From the NCBI RefSeq assembly GCF_009914755.1, contig NC_060939.1: 64,000 nt of DNA. One strand, 5' to 3'. The notes below the pieces were generated by a model, which was not told the DNA's origin, made no database searches, and worked only from the letters and a program-made list of their open reading frames with translations. This document shows, in pieces, positions 15,097-29,224 of this stretch (position 1 is its first letter; each line of letters starts with the position of its first letter). Both the position numbers and the translations under genes were made by a program. The stretch is from the human T2T-CHM13v2.0 reference genome, Homo sapiens.

Positions 15097-15402
15097 TGAA
15101 AAAAGAAAAGAAAGGAAAGGAAAGGGGAGAAAGAAAGAGAGAAAGTGAGAAAGAGAGAAAGAAAGAGAGAGAGAGAGAAAGAAAAAGAAAGAAAGGAAGA
15201 GAAAGAAAGAGAAAGAAAAAGAAAAGAAAGAAAGAAAGGGGGGGAGGGAGGGAGGAAGGAAGGAGAGAGAAAAGGAAGGAAGGAAGGAAAGAAGGGAGGG
15301 AGGGAGAGAGGAAGAGAGAAAGAAAGAAAGAAGGAAGGAAGGAAAGAAAGAAAGAAAAAGCAAGAAAGAAGGAAAGAAAGAAAAAAGAAAGAAAGAAAGG
15401 AA

Positions 15403-15472
<70 letters not shown>

Positions 15473-15522
15473 GAGAAAGAAAGAAAGAAAGAAAAGGGAG
15501 GCAGGGAGGGAGGAAGGAAGAG
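15091..15522 (+). repeat. Compound GA-rich microsatellite (GAAA/GGAA/GA/GGGA)n
   Basis: About 430 bp of almost pure purine on the + strand. Confidence 0.97.
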
Positions 15523-16419
15523 ATCAATCTGGGGATACTAACTGCAGTTCTCTGTTATCTTTCTTGGGCAAATCACATCCATTAAGACATCAGCTAACTT
15601 TCCCAATTTTGTTTGTTTCTTATTAAAAAGTGGAACAAGGCCTAACAGTTGTGAAACAATCTAAGCATAAAATCTTACAGGCTTTTAAGTTTTTTTTCTT
15701 TGATTTTTCACGATCATGTCACCCACATCCTCACAGCAATTTTTTCAGTGACTCACCTTTATCAAATTTTCCCTAAGCATTCAACTTATTTTTCCTAGAA
15801 ACAACAATTCCTTTTTTATATTTCATGGGTTTAGTAAATATCTCATTGAATTACATAATTACAATAATAAGTACAACGGGCATTAACCAGTGAGGAACAA
15901 ACCCAGCTGATTCTTGGTAGGTCTGTAGCTCAGCTGGTGGGGGCAGCAGGGACACAGGTGCCCTGAAGTGGCCCATTTGGTCTCATGCAGTCAGTCAGTG
16001 AGGACCATGGCTCTACTGAGGAACCTTAAAATGTCAGTTCATCAGGGGAGCTAGTTAAGAGAGTTTCAACTATACTGATAAATAGAATAAAAGAATAAAC
16101 CTTCATTTATCTTTTAAGCCTTGACCATAATGTTGACAGCATTTTGAGTGCATTAAAAAATACAATTTTTGAGCCATTCATTTATAATACAGTAATCTAT
16201 TTTAGGGTCATTAAAGTCTGTCTGTGCACCTAAGGCATTTTATTTAAAACTTCATAAAGCATGCCATAAGTAAAAACAAACAAAAGAAAAACAAAAAACC
16301 ATAAACACTTAAGATTCATATGCCAGTCAATAAGCATTAGTGTCTACAGAAAGTGGTCCCAAAAACCTCTGTGAAGAATGGCTTTGTCATGAGCTGTGCC
16401 TCCACCAGCAACAGCAACA

Positions 16420-16645
16420 ACTAACACTCGCCTAGTACTTCCTAAGTGCCAGGGACTGTTCTAAGCAGTTTACACATATGAATTCATCATCATGCTATCA
16501 ATCTCATGATGTATGATTATTATCTTCATATTACAAATGAGAAACGGAGGTACAGAATATTAAGTAACTTGCCCAAGTTATCCAGCTACTAAGTGGCATA
16601 GCTGGGAGTTGAACTCAGGCAGCCTGGTTCTTAATCACTGTGTTA
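16420..16645 (-). mobile_element. MIR
   Basis: GTGCCAGG...TTACAAATGAGAAAC.GAGG...AAGTAACTTGCCCAAG core. Confidence 0.75.
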
Positions 16646-17974
16646 CACGGCAAAGGCACAGCTGATAGAAGATAACTCCTACACTAGATTTTTCACCCTG
16701 AATGTGATCTGTCAGCTGTGACAGGCAGAAGTGACAGGCGTTCACTTTCCTAGGCAGGAGGCACTCAATCATCATCCATGTTCCTATGCTCAAGGACATG
16801 GAAAACACCCAGCATTACAGGTCTATTTCCACCTCATTCCATTATCTCACTTTGAGGGCAGATGACACAGCTTAGGTATGAAAATCTGGCAAACCAATAG
16901 TCCCCCAAATGTGTTCTTATGATGAAAGGGGGAAGGAGCACTGGGTCCCCAATTAGGAGACCTGGGTGTGTGTTCAGCTCGGCCACACACTTGCTATGTG
17001 ATCTTGAGCAAGTCACTTTACCTAAGCCTCAACCTTTTAACATGTGGAATGAAGGGAGGCTCTCAGTGGTTTTCTGACACTTTTAGGAGCACAGATCCCT
17101 TTCTTTACTGAGAAGCCCAATACTTTGAAACAGAGGAAATCAGTGGTTCTCAAGCTGCAGGTACCTAGGGAAGGCAGCCCCACTGTGCCTCCCGGATGAC
17201 CCCTCCCCATCCCCTGGGTGCTGGGAGATGACTGGACTTAATCAGATGGCACAGGGCAGACAGGCACATGGTGAGCAGAGGTTCTGGGATGAAGAGGAAG
17301 GCACAGAATGGCCGGAACACAGAGGCTCACAAAGTGCTAATACTGGGAACAGCTGCCCAAGGAAGAGACTAATGTCGTATCGTTGAGAACCTCAAATATC
17401 AGACCAAAGAGTTTGGAGCTGCACTTGCAGGCTGAGGGCTATCAGCGTAGGGAGATGACATGATCAGAGCTGACTCAAGAGAGAAAACAGCAAAAAGCCG
17501 ATGAATGGGAGCAGAGCAGGACCAAGAAGGTGGGACTGCAGCCACAAGCCAGGATGAGGAAGGAAGGCAGGGCCCACTACAGTGATCACCCTCACAAGTG
17601 CTGGTCTTCTGAGGTCTGAGTACCCCTGACATTCAGCTCCAATATAACCTATATATATCCTATATATCCCACTCAGCTTCAATATAAACCTATGCCTTAA
17701 AAACTAAAAACACACAGAAAATAACTTTATCATACTGAATTCAACCACGAAGGTACAAAAAAGAAAGCAGTTACAGCAAAGAGGCTACTTTTTAAAACAG
17801 TGTGTCCTTGGATGGTAGCTTCTAAGAACACCCCAGCCCCATCCTGAAAAACCAGTGGGACCCCTTATGGAGCTCAGCTGGCCAACTGCATAGTGACCAC
17901 TGGCTTGGACTCTACAGGACAGCAAGAAACTTCCAAGTCTCCCACAACGCACTGCCACTACAACCTTTCTCTTT

Positions 17975-19010
17975 TTTCATTTTTTCTTTTTTTTGAGACA
18001 GGGTTTCACCACGTTGCCCAGGCTGGAGTGCAGTGATGCGAACTCAGCTCACTGCAGCCTCGACCTCTTGGCCTCAAGTGATTTTCCCACCTCAGCCTCC
18101 AAGTAATTGGGACCGCAGGCATGCACCACCACCCCCAGCTAATGGATAAACAAAATATGGCACATTCATATATGGGAATATTATTTGGCCATAAAAGGAA
18201 ATGAAGCACTGATAGTTGCTACAGCATGGATGAATCTTGAAAATATTATGCTAACGGAAAGAAGCCAGACACAAAGGTATGCACGGTGCCATTTATATGA
18301 AATGTCCACAATAAACAAATTCATAAGCCAGGGGCAGTGGCTCATGTAATCCCAGCACTTTGGGAGGCCAAGGTAGGATTGCTTGAGCCCAGAAGTTGAG
18401 ACCAGCCCGTGCAAGATAGAGGGAACCCTGTCTCTACAAAATAAATAAATAAATAAAATATTAGCCGGGCATGGTGGTGCACACCTGTAGTCCCAGCTAC
18501 TCTGGAAGCTGAGGTAGGAGGATTGCTTCGTTCAAGGCTGCAGTGAGCCATGAACCACGCAACTGCATGCCAGCCTGGGTAACAGAACAAGACCTTGTCT
18601 TAAAAAAAAAAAAAAAAACCCACCAAAAAACAAATTCATAGAGATAGAAAGTTGATTAGGAGTTGCCTACGGCTGAGGGTTGACAGAGGAGAAGGGGTTG
18701 GGGGAAATGAGAAGGAACTGCTAATGTAATGAGTTTCTTTTTGGATCGATGAAAACATTTAAAAATTGATTGTGGTGATGGAAGCACAACTCTGTGAATA
18801 TACCAAAAATCATTGAATTGTACATTTTAAATGGGTGAATTGTACAGTGTGTGAATTGTATATCAATAAAGTTCTTCTTTAAAAAACAAGTCAACCATAG
18901 TGGCACATGCCTGTAGTCCCAACTACTCAAGAGGCTGAGGCAGGAGGATCACTTGAGCCCAGGACTTGAGACCAGCCTGGGCAACACAGCAAGACCTCAT
19001 CTCATAAAAA
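17975..19010. mobile_element. Cluster: Alu monomer (-, ~17975-18140), L1MB 3' end (+, ~18140-18880) interrupted by AluJ (+, ~18326-18618), FLAM (+, ~18890-19010)
   Basis: L1 motifs AATGGATAAACAAAAT...CATGGATGAATCTTGAAAA...TATCAATAAAG; Alu TSD-like AAACAAATTCATA. Confidence 0.8.
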
Positions 19011-19477
19011 CCAACCAAACGAACAAAAACCAACCCACCTCTACTCTCACTAGCCCATGCACAAACAGAGAATGGAAATCCAGAGCACAGGACGTGGCCA
19101 GCCTAGTGTCTTGGAGAGGGGACTAGGCCCTAGGCACAAGAAGCCCCAGCTCTGCAGCCTGGAAGAATTGTGACCTCAGACACATACTCTCCTTCAGCCA
19201 GTTTCAGTCTCTGTAAAATGTCAGCCATATGACCTACTTCACAGAGTTGAGCAATTAAATTAAACCGTTTAAGTGTGAAACTGTTTGGCATAGTGTCAGA
19301 CACAGAATAAGCATGTAATACAAGCTAAAACCACAATGATCTATGGGAAAGTATGATGTAAACAACAAAGGCCTTTGTAAGTGTAAGATAGTTTTATAAC
19401 TTCATTTATAAAATTATAACATACATTATCAGAAACAACCCATTTTCAATTTCATATGCTACTTTCTAAAGACTCAC

Positions 19478-19646
19478 TTGAGCTCATTGCCCCACTGTTT
19501 CAAAGAGTAAAAATTAATGGAATTTGGATGCCCTGGGGCGGGCTGATTTGCAGCTTGTTCTCCCACCAGCTCTCCAGGCACAGTCTCCACAGCTAGGACA
19601 TTTCTGGCTTTTTCTGCAGAAGCATTTGGGTGTGGGTAAATTAAAT
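19478..19646 (-). CDS. TBC1D2B: TBC1D2B coding exon 3
   Basis: TTTTTTTTCAG|AT acceptor. Encodes (D)LIYPHPNASAEKARNVLAVETVPGELVGEQAANQPAPGHPNSINFYSLKQWGNEL(K). Donor AA|GTGAGT; 169 nt, phases 1/2 fit neighbouring exons. Not captured in the ORF track. Confidence 0.95.
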
Positions 19647-20479
19647 CTGAAAAAAAAGGTAAACAAATGTCAGTTACTCAAAGCTTCCACACGAAACTTG
19701 ACATCCCACATAAAACACTGACTTGACATACTATATAAAAATCTAAACTATGTAATAGTATATTTTTAATGTATACTACATAAAAACATAATCTGTGGGT
19801 AACTCTGATGTTCTGAAACCATCTTCATCTAAACAGATCCATGTTTCTCAAAGGAAGGTTGTGACATGCCTCAAACCACCAAGTATTAACAGTGTTGGCC
19901 CAGAGAAAGCAAAGGCTAGAATTTTCCTCCAGTACTGCAGACCAATAACCCTCACCATAAACCCGTCATCAAAGTCCAATCACCTGTACTGATAAGAAAC
20001 AATTTCCAGGATAAACTGTTATATAAGAAAAGCAAGGTGCAGATCAGATTATACAAGGGTCCCTTTTCTCTAAGAAAGTGGGAGAAATACAAATATAAAT
20101 GTATTTGCTTGTAAAGAGTGACAGTGAAAAAATAAATTTGCACATCACAGAATAGCAGTTCAGTAAATTCACAAGCAAACATACTGATGCTAAAGCATGA
20201 TGAAACTTCACAACACATCTTTAAAATGTAAACTTTTGAAATAGTTAAGGTGGAAATGATATGATGGTCAGGATTTACTTCAAAATAGCAACATTTTGTT
20301 ACTTAACAAATACATAGTAATATTTGCTTCAGGTAACATGTTATTTGCTTGAAAATAACAAAGCAGGGTATCAATGAAACGAGGGGTAATTACTGTTCCA
20401 ACTACCTAATAAACCTAGAGGTAATATTATGTTATTCTTCGTATATGTTTAAAATTTCCCATAATAAAAAGTTACTTAA

Positions 20480-20851
<372 letters not shown>

Positions 20852-21074
20852 TAACATAATCTGCACTGGTATTTCAGTGGTAGAATTATCCCATGCCGAA
20901 TGGCATAATCTCTCTGAGAATAGGACATGCTTATAAACAGAATTCAATATTACTTTACAATAATCAATTTGATCTACACTTCTTTTTAAAATATCTCTAT
21001 ATCAACAAAATCAACCATCTCTTTCTGTGAAATCAGAATTGACTGCTGACCACTGATATTCAAGAAAAATTATT

Positions 21075-21348
21075 TTCTCTTTTTTTTTTTGAGATAGGGT
21101 CTCAGTGAACACGACTCACTGCAGCCTCAACCTCCCAGGCTCATGCAATCCTCTTGCTTCAGCCTACCAAGTAGCTGGGACTACAGGCACGCACGATGCC
21201 CAGCTAATTTTTGTATTTTTTTTTTCTTTTGTAGAGACAGGGTTTGCCATATTGCCCAAGCTAGTCTTGAATGCCTGGGTTCAAGCAATTCTTCCACCTT
21301 GGCGTCCCAAAGTGCTGGGAATACAGGCATAAGCCACTGTACCCAGCC
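21075..21348 (-). mobile_element. AluJ (internally deleted)
   Basis: Alu consensus; TSD-like AAGAAAAATT. Confidence 0.85.
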
Positions 21349-21740
21349 AAGAAAAATTCGTTTCTAATCAGAGAAGCACACAATCGGAGTCAGCAAGAAC
21401 AGGTCTCTGGTAAAGGTCACTGAGCACTGGTAAAGGAAACAGAGAGCAGGCATTCCTGTGCTGCGCAGGCTTGGAGAGCAACGTCCTGAATGCCGCATGA
21501 TGGGCCTGCACTGTGTAGGCAGTTTCTGACTTGACCACAATCAGTGTAGGAAGGGCTTCAAGAACACACTGGGGAAGTATCTTGGGCATGGCATGAGTAA
21601 ACAAGTGCTGTGTATCTATCAGGGTAATTTGGCTCTGGCCAGGAGAGTCAATGCATGGCTTACAGTAGGGTTCTGACTAAGAAAAGCAAGACGGTGTGCT
21701 GGGAACAGAAGAATTACAGACTTGGTAACAGAGTATACAC

Positions 21741-21833
21741 TTTTTTTTTTTTTTTTTTTGAGACTGGGTCTCACTCTGTCACTAAGGCCTGGAGTGCAGT
21801 GGTGTGATCACGGCTCACTGCAGCCTCTTGAGT
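21741..21833 (-). mobile_element. Alu 3' fragment
   Basis: Poly-T followed by GAGAC...TCTCACTCTGTC...GCTCACTGCAGCCTC. Confidence 0.8.
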
Positions 21834-24800
21834 CAAGAGGCAAGAAGTTACAAATAACCACAGATTGCCAGTTCTTGGTTTTACTATCATGTATTAAGCA
21901 CTAGGCACCGAGGGCACAACAACCAATGAGACAGAGCTTTCCCCGTAAAGGAGAACACATCCAGGAGAGAGACATAAGTAAAACAGTAACATGTCAAGCT
22001 CCAAGTCACTACAGAATAAATACATTGAGTCGTTGGGATCCAGACCCTTCCTGTGAGTCTTAGGGTTCCAGGAGATGCCTGGGGGACTTCTAGAGGGAAA
22101 AGAGGATGGGGGCCCCATGCTCAGCTTCATCCTCAGCAGTTCCTCCTTCACTCTTTTATATACTAGGGTTGCCTTTAAGATTTCATTTGGAAAAGAGGTT
22201 CCAGTAATCAAAAGAAAAAAAAGTTCAAACACCACTAATCCAGTCCAGTCTCCCTACCTACTTTCTCCATCAGGACACTAGAGTCCAGAGCCAGGGCCAG
22301 AACCCAGACACCTGCCCCTGCAGTATACAAATATTGCAAGGCAGGTAGAGATGAGTGTACCTACTAGAGAGCACAGTGTCTGGAGTGGGGGGCAGGGGGT
22401 GCTCAATGTTGGTGACACCATGTGTCAGTCTACAGGCACATGGGGTAAAGGTGCAGCTCAAACTCCTTTACTTCAAAGGCTGGTCTTACAATCATCATCA
22501 CAATTCTAAGCCAAGTCAGGAAATAAACACAACAAACTGTACAGATTTCTGTTACAGGCTGAGTCCAGCCTCTTCTTCCTGTGTGGGCTAGTAGCAAGGT
22601 GATGAACGGCCCCTCTGCGAGACTGGACTGTCAAATGCTCATGTGGCAAAGTGCCTATTACCAAGAAAACCCCAGGCCTTGCAGCAACCCACAGCCCATA
22701 CTGGAAATACTTCCTGAGGAACTCAGAGGCCCCAAGGAGGGGTGGAGAAAAGGGACCAGAGACCAGGGAGGAACCCGTTGGAGGAAAATTTCTAAAAGTA
22801 ATTATCTGACTTGAAAAAGAAGCTCTTTTCCAGCTTAATACATTTTTGCTGTTACTGTTATTTTTGTCTGGTTTTTGGTTTTTAAGAGACCACGTGAGAT
22901 TTACTTAATGAAAAGCAGAGCTGCTGGCTTCTCCTCAATACATGTCCTAACATTAGCATGCAGGGAACCGCCTCAAGGAGGACACTAAGGGAAAACACAA
23001 ACTAGGACATGGCAACATTTCCTCGAAGATTTTAAGAGGCTGGACTAGTGTTCATGAACATGTCTTTTGTCTTACAGCTTCAGTGGGGAAAGAAAGTCTG
23101 TGCCTGACGGTTTTTGGTGTTTAGACCTCTGTCTTTTTTAAACATTTTCAAATGCCTAAATGAAAACTCTGAGGGAGTTTCCGACTGCATTGTTCCCATT
23201 TCCTAGGTTCTGATTCCAGCACTGCCTCTAAATCCAGTGTGAACCCGGGCAGTCTCAGCCTCCCTGGTCTCCAAGAGCCCTTCCCACTTACTGCATTCTA
23301 ACACATGATGCTCAAAGTCTCCTCCTAATGGGACTCCCCGCACAGGGGCGGCTCCTGCCTACAACCGGACTGCCTCAGTGAGTCTTCCCTCTCCTCTCCT
23401 GCTGTCTCAGTCAGGCCTAGGTGCTCCGCCAGCAACCTCTGCAGAGCACAGAACTGTGTACAGTGGGAGAATTCTCATAAAACTCAACCCAGGCTTGCAG
23501 CTGCATCCAAGAAAGGAGAAAAGAACACTGGGAAAGGGTTGTACCTATATGCATCAAAGCACACAGCAAACGAAAGTCTGGGTGTCAACACTGGGAGTTG
23601 GAGGAAGACAGGGTGGGCTTAATCTGAAAAAAATTTTTTTATTTATCAATGTGAGTTTTAATACAGATTGTGAAGGACCCAGTCAGGAGGAATAGAAATA
23701 TCTTCCAAGTGAGGACATAGCATACATCTAAGTACCAGAAAAAAGGGGCAGCCAACCACCAGGTCCTGAGAGGCCCCAGGATGGGCCAGTCCATATGTCT
23801 GGTTAATTGCTCATTTGCCTGTCCCCTACCCCCATCAAGGACACAACTCTGTGAGAACTGAACCTCTATCTGATTTGCTAACAGCTGCATATCCAACACC
23901 TAGCATAGAGGAGTGACTTAATAAATATTGGTTAAATGACCAAATTAATCCATAAAAGACAAGAACTTGCTAACATGGCATGGGACAAAAGGCCAATTGG
24001 GCAGAAGGCAGCAAAGGCCCCTGCAGTTCTTGAGTGGGTTTATACTCATCATACTTCCTGACTTTCCTCTCTCCTGCCACCTTGCCTCTGACAGATGCCC
24101 TGAATTGGGGTGGGGGTTTCCCTGGGGTGGGGGTTTCCCTCTTTTCCTTTCCCATTCCTCCCTGTTCTCCTGCAATCTGGCTCAGCCACCACCCCACCCC
24201 CATTCACAGCCACATCAATCCCTGTATTCACCTGCACCAAGTCCCACCAAATCTAGGCTGAGGATGTCTCTGCTGACACCAAATTGCAAGCCTGTTCCAC
24301 ATAGACTCCTTTCCAACCCTCTCTAGCAGGCTCCTCCGAGACAGAACTGCAATCTAACCCCACTCAGCATCTCCCTCACATCCTCCCTCCCACAGTCACA
24401 TTCTTTCACAACCTGACTTTCACAGACTGGTTCAGAGAGCATCTTGCTTTACAGATGGGGAAATTATGATGTGCTCAAGGTCCCATAAGCTCTCCCCATG
24501 CTGCCTCTCAGATACAACACTGGTAACTACCATGACTGATACTTCACAAGAACGCATGGTATTTTGCAGCATTTTACAAGGATTACACAAAAGCACAGCT
24601 TCCTTGATCTCTGTATGGAATCACGACATTAAAGGATGATGTGTAATTCCTGTGGCACTGCCAACGCGGGGCCTGCATTCCACCTGATGGCTTTCCTTCT
24701 GGCAGCTCTCTACACCCTGCATCCTGCACCGAGAGCACTGCTCAGGCTGCCTGAGGACTGAAAGTTACAGCTACTCCTCCCACGCCATCCCCTTGCACAC

Positions 24801-25469
24801 AAGCTGTTAAAAGTGTAACAGTTCAACTAACCAATGCAGCTGCTTCAGGGGAGGAAATGTGTGGTCATCCTTCAAACTGTCTTCACAATACAATTTTCTG
24901 CAAGAAATACCATCCATATTCAAACAGGCACTTGGGCATTTGAGCCTGCTATGACCATGAGTGCTTTAGTACTCATGAACTTTCAAGAAGTTTTTTAAAA
25001 AAGCAGGGTGTTGTTATCCCTGGCTTGTTTTCTTATTAGTTTATGTGGGGAATGAAGTAAACGGAATGTGCTAGACATACATCCTGTAATGAGGCTATTA
25101 GCCATTTATGGGCACCTCCTTTGGGTTCTAGCTACCTCATTCTCAACAGCTATAAAGGTTTATAGACACCTGATTGTATCTTTATGCAAATTACTCTTTT
25201 GTGTTGAAACTAGGTCTTTATCTATCCAGACACAGAAGACAATGTAGAATGGTATTTGAGGCATGGCATGCCTTCAGAGGGCAGGCTACAAAATAGAGGG
25301 CAGACAGAACAGATACTGACTAATAATAAAGCTGCAAGTTCCAATCACACAGGAAAGTCTCTTACTCAACACAGATTCTAGAAAAAAAATTAATGTAAGC
25401 AACTATGTGACAGTGCTGGCTCCTTAATGAATATTCAATCCAGCTTTTCCTTACTTATAGACCTTGGTT

Positions 25470-25815
25470 TTGATCGTGGCCATATGCTCAGCTAAAATAC
25501 TTGGCTTCCCAGACTCCTTCCAGCTAGGAATGGCCATATGACAGTTCCAGCCAATGATGCATAAGCCACAGGTTTCTGGGAAAGCATTCTCCTTTTGATG
25601 TAAGTGCCACCCCCAGGGGCAGCTAGCATGAGCAGGAAAGCTAATACACTCTAGCAATGGAAAATACAGAGTCAGAGACAGCTTGGGCCCTTCAGTGGCA
25701 CTAGTGAGTAGCTATGCCAGCCACAAACTGCTTATCATGTGAGACAAATTACTCCCTATGTGTAAGTCCTTATTAGTAAGGTTTCCTGTTAATTACAACT
25801 AAACATAATGCTAAC
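25470..25815 (+). mobile_element. Old MLT1-type LTR fragment
   Basis: TTCCCAGACTCC..CAGCTAGG..TGGCCATATGAC..GCCAATGA motif. Confidence 0.6.
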
Positions 25816-26589
25816 CCTTTCAAAATGATATCATCTCATATATATGTATACAATAAATATGTGTATATACACATACATATGGCTCTTTACACTTAACAAT
25901 GCAGTTTCCCATTTGATCTTTATAACAACTATGAAGAGGGGTGAACAAACTTCAATTCCCAGAGCCACAGTTTCCTAACCCTGTACTACAGGATACGTGA
26001 CTTACTTAGAGTCTGACAACTAGTAAATATCCCCAAGACTCACAGGCCCACAGGGCTTCTTCCACCAGGTAGAGCTGCCTTCTAAGATATACAACTAGCT
26101 ATCAGTGCAAAACGTTAATCCCCTATATCTTTCTCCATATTGACTTTAGGTGCTAGGAGGGTCCTGATGGGTGATGCCCACTAGACTACAAATCAAAATG
26201 TTCCAAACAACTGGGTGACTACGAGACAATACTAGGAAAAGTTTTATTTTTAATGCAAATCAGTTATAAAAACATTCTTCTTTAATTCTTACTAGAGTAG
26301 GCTAAGCTGAGCAGATAACAACAAGCATGGCTTTAGAAACTTCACAGAGCACTGCCATATAACACATCACAATTTATCTTTGAACCAGATTTTATCTCTG
26401 ACGATAAAACAAAAGGGGCTAAAATACAGCCTTTTCTTCTTGACTTCCTGCTTTAGATTTTTTGACTTCCTGAACCATTATAGCCTCACATACTGCTCTG
26501 GGGTCCAAAGTTTCATTCCTTGTTCTTCGAAGCTATCTAAAAATTAATAGAAGTCTAATGTTACAGTCATTTCTATCTATAAAATCTTC

Positions 26590-27025
26590 AAAGGCACTCC
26601 ACTGCTCTTAGGTTAAAGTCCAAAATCCCAAGACCAGCAGTCTAGGCTCTCCCCCAGCTCTGGCTCTGGGTCCCAGGTGTGCCCCCAGGTTCAGCTCACT
26701 CCCCACAACTGCTTCCAGCCAGTAGCCATCCTGACTGCAGCTCTGGGAAGGCACTGCAGTTCAGCCCTGTCATCTGACTCCCCTCCTCTCTACCTAGCTA
26801 GTTCCTGGCCATCCTCCAGGCCTTGGCTTAGATGCACTTCCTCAGAGAGGCCCTAACTGCCAGAAACTATGCACAGCCCACTTACAGCCCATGGTACCAG
26901 CATGCACCCTTCCCTCACATTTCTCTCATTTTTTCTCTGCACAACCACCCTGCTTGACTAGAAATTCTGTGAGGAGAGGGACAAAGCTCATCTTGAGTGC
27001 CGACTTTGCTGAATGAATGAGTAAA
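26590..27025 (+). mobile_element. L2 fragment
   Basis: AAAGTCCAAA..., GACTAGAA..TCTGTGAGG..AGGGAC, GAATGAATGAG tail. Confidence 0.6.
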
Positions 27026-28611
27026 TGTCAGGTGGCATTTACTCAAATGCTAAATTCCATACCTGGAGTCCCCATATCAAAGGAGGAGAAACAAATATGG
27101 GCTTCAGATGTTTTCTCTGGCTCTCCAATCACAGCATTTTGGCTTAGAAGGAGGAAGAACAGCTGTTATAAAGAGACTATAGGGCTAGGCACTACTTCTT
27201 TGTCCTCCTTTCGGTTTAATATCCCTGAGTCTTTGCTAGAAAGAAGCACTTGGTGCCCTCAGAACAAAGGAACTGAGGCAAATCAAGCACCTCCTGTGCC
27301 AAAGGCACTGGCTATGCTCATGAACCCTGCCTGTTCCCACAGGGTTTCCAAATGTTCCAAGTGACTGAGACACTCAGTTAGGAGCTCCTTTTGAGTGAAA
27401 AGCACTATAAGAGTGGCTTTCAAAACAACTCAGTTAACAGTGACTCGACTCTGAACGAAACATAAGGGCGCATAAAGTTGAAAATAAAGGCATGATCTCA
27501 GAACCTGGAATAGTCAGAGCGCTAAGACAGTCGTGAAAGTGACTCAAAAACTCTCACAGAAAACATATTAATAGGTACAAAGCATATATAGTAATTTATC
27601 ACTGATAAGAGGGTTAACCTGCTGAAAAATACTGGGACAAGTAAAAACAAGACTGACAAATTTGGAGACGAAAAATTCATCTAAGAATGCCTTTGTTTCT
27701 GGAGTAAATCAGCCACACGTGCCAACACCATCCTTGGTGGGACAGGCAACTTGGATGCAGCCCTGTGTTCTGCTGAGCAGAGGGTCCCACGGGTTTTAGG
27801 AAGTGAAGAAATCTCTTTATGAAACTGTTAGAACTAGTCCTTACTGTTGTCTACTCCTTTTAATGTACGCTCCGTGTGTCTTCCAAAAATACTAATACAA
27901 TGGCCTGGGCTTTTTAGACCTTACTTCAGAGCTCAGGAGGCTGTTTTGTTTGTTTGTTTGTTTTTCTGGATGTGTTATTTTCCCTGTATGAAGAGTGGGG
28001 GCCAAAAAACAGTCCCATCTCCACAGTCTTTGCAATGGGGTAGGATGGGCAGCAAATAATTGTTGTTCTGTTCTTTCTAGAGGTTATCTCCATGCTGCAA
28101 ATGGCCAGGGATTACCCTGAGTTACAGAAATGCCATGAATCCAGGATAGAATGAAATCAATGTTTGAAGGTTAAAGTCTTCCTAAGAAACACTAGAGAAT
28201 TACAAGTGGAATGATCTGAGAATACCTTCCTAGTGTATACAAACACCTGTCAATCTTGGCAAGTCTGCCCAAGCATGACTATCTAGGCATGAGTGCTTCA
28301 TCATTAGGTGTAGTAGAAAGGCTGGCCCTGCAGTCAGAACTAGACTTACAGCACCACAACTTACCACATGCTGACCTTAGTCGTATCTTCCATATGCTTG
28401 GCACTGGCCTTGCCTGATTCCAAGGCTGTCACTGGGCTTGCATAAGCTTTGTACATGGAGGCGCTGGGTAACTGTGGAATGCTGTCCACTCATAAGGTAG
28501 CATCATTATTATTTTCTTTCTAAATTCATTTTCATTCACTGCTAAGTTCATATGTGGTATCGAATGGCTTACACAAAGAACTGACCCAGCTCCCCTTTAT
28601 TTCTGCCTTAC

Positions 28612-28765
28612 CAGTGTTATCTCTGGCTACAAGACCCTTAGGAAAATCCCCGGGAGTTGGAGAGGTCCTGCTGTCCCACTTGACCATGTCAAGACTGTTA
28701 CAATATTCCCATCTCTTCTGCTGAAGCTCCTGTAACCAGTAAGTCATGAGTTGACGATTGGGAGC
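28612..28765 (-). CDS. TBC1D2B: TBC1D2B coding exon 2 (PH C-terminal helix)
   Basis: Polypyrimidine tract + TTTCTAG|GCT acceptor. Encodes APNRQLMTYWLQELQQKRWEYCNSLDMVKWDSRTSPTPGDFPKGLVARDNT. Donor G|GTAAGG; 154 nt, in frame with exon 1. Confidence 0.97.
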
Positions 28766-29224
28766 CTAGAAAGAGGGAGGGGAAAAACATGTTATGGCCA
28801 CCAGTAATATGAAGAGCTTAAAAAATATTATGTCTCATGAGTAGACTGTTCAGCTTGCCATGTGAGAGTTAAGATGAACAGATCAAGGAAACTTCAGTTA
28901 CAAGATTAGTAGCTTTTGCTCATGATGAGTTGGTCAAGCAAATAGCAATTGTAACATGAAGAATTGAACCCAATTAACAAGAAGTCTTTTTAAATTCTGA
29001 AATTAAAGAATAATGCAGTATAACATTTTCCTCAAAACCGTTTAGGAAGATGTGATAATACTGCTGCTCTTTTACTCTGAGCAACTACAAATTCCATCTT
29101 CAGAAATAAAATCTGACATAGGTATGAAAGACGGCCTTGCCAAATCACATCAAATAATGATATTTAAACTCCATCAGCATCTGAGAGTATACAAAGAAAA
29201 CTGCAGATTAAAAACGAGCTGGCA

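Noticed and set aside
15043-15626. Long Lys/Glu/Arg-rich and Phe/Leu/Ser-rich ORFs
   Set aside because: Translations of the GA-rich microsatellite.
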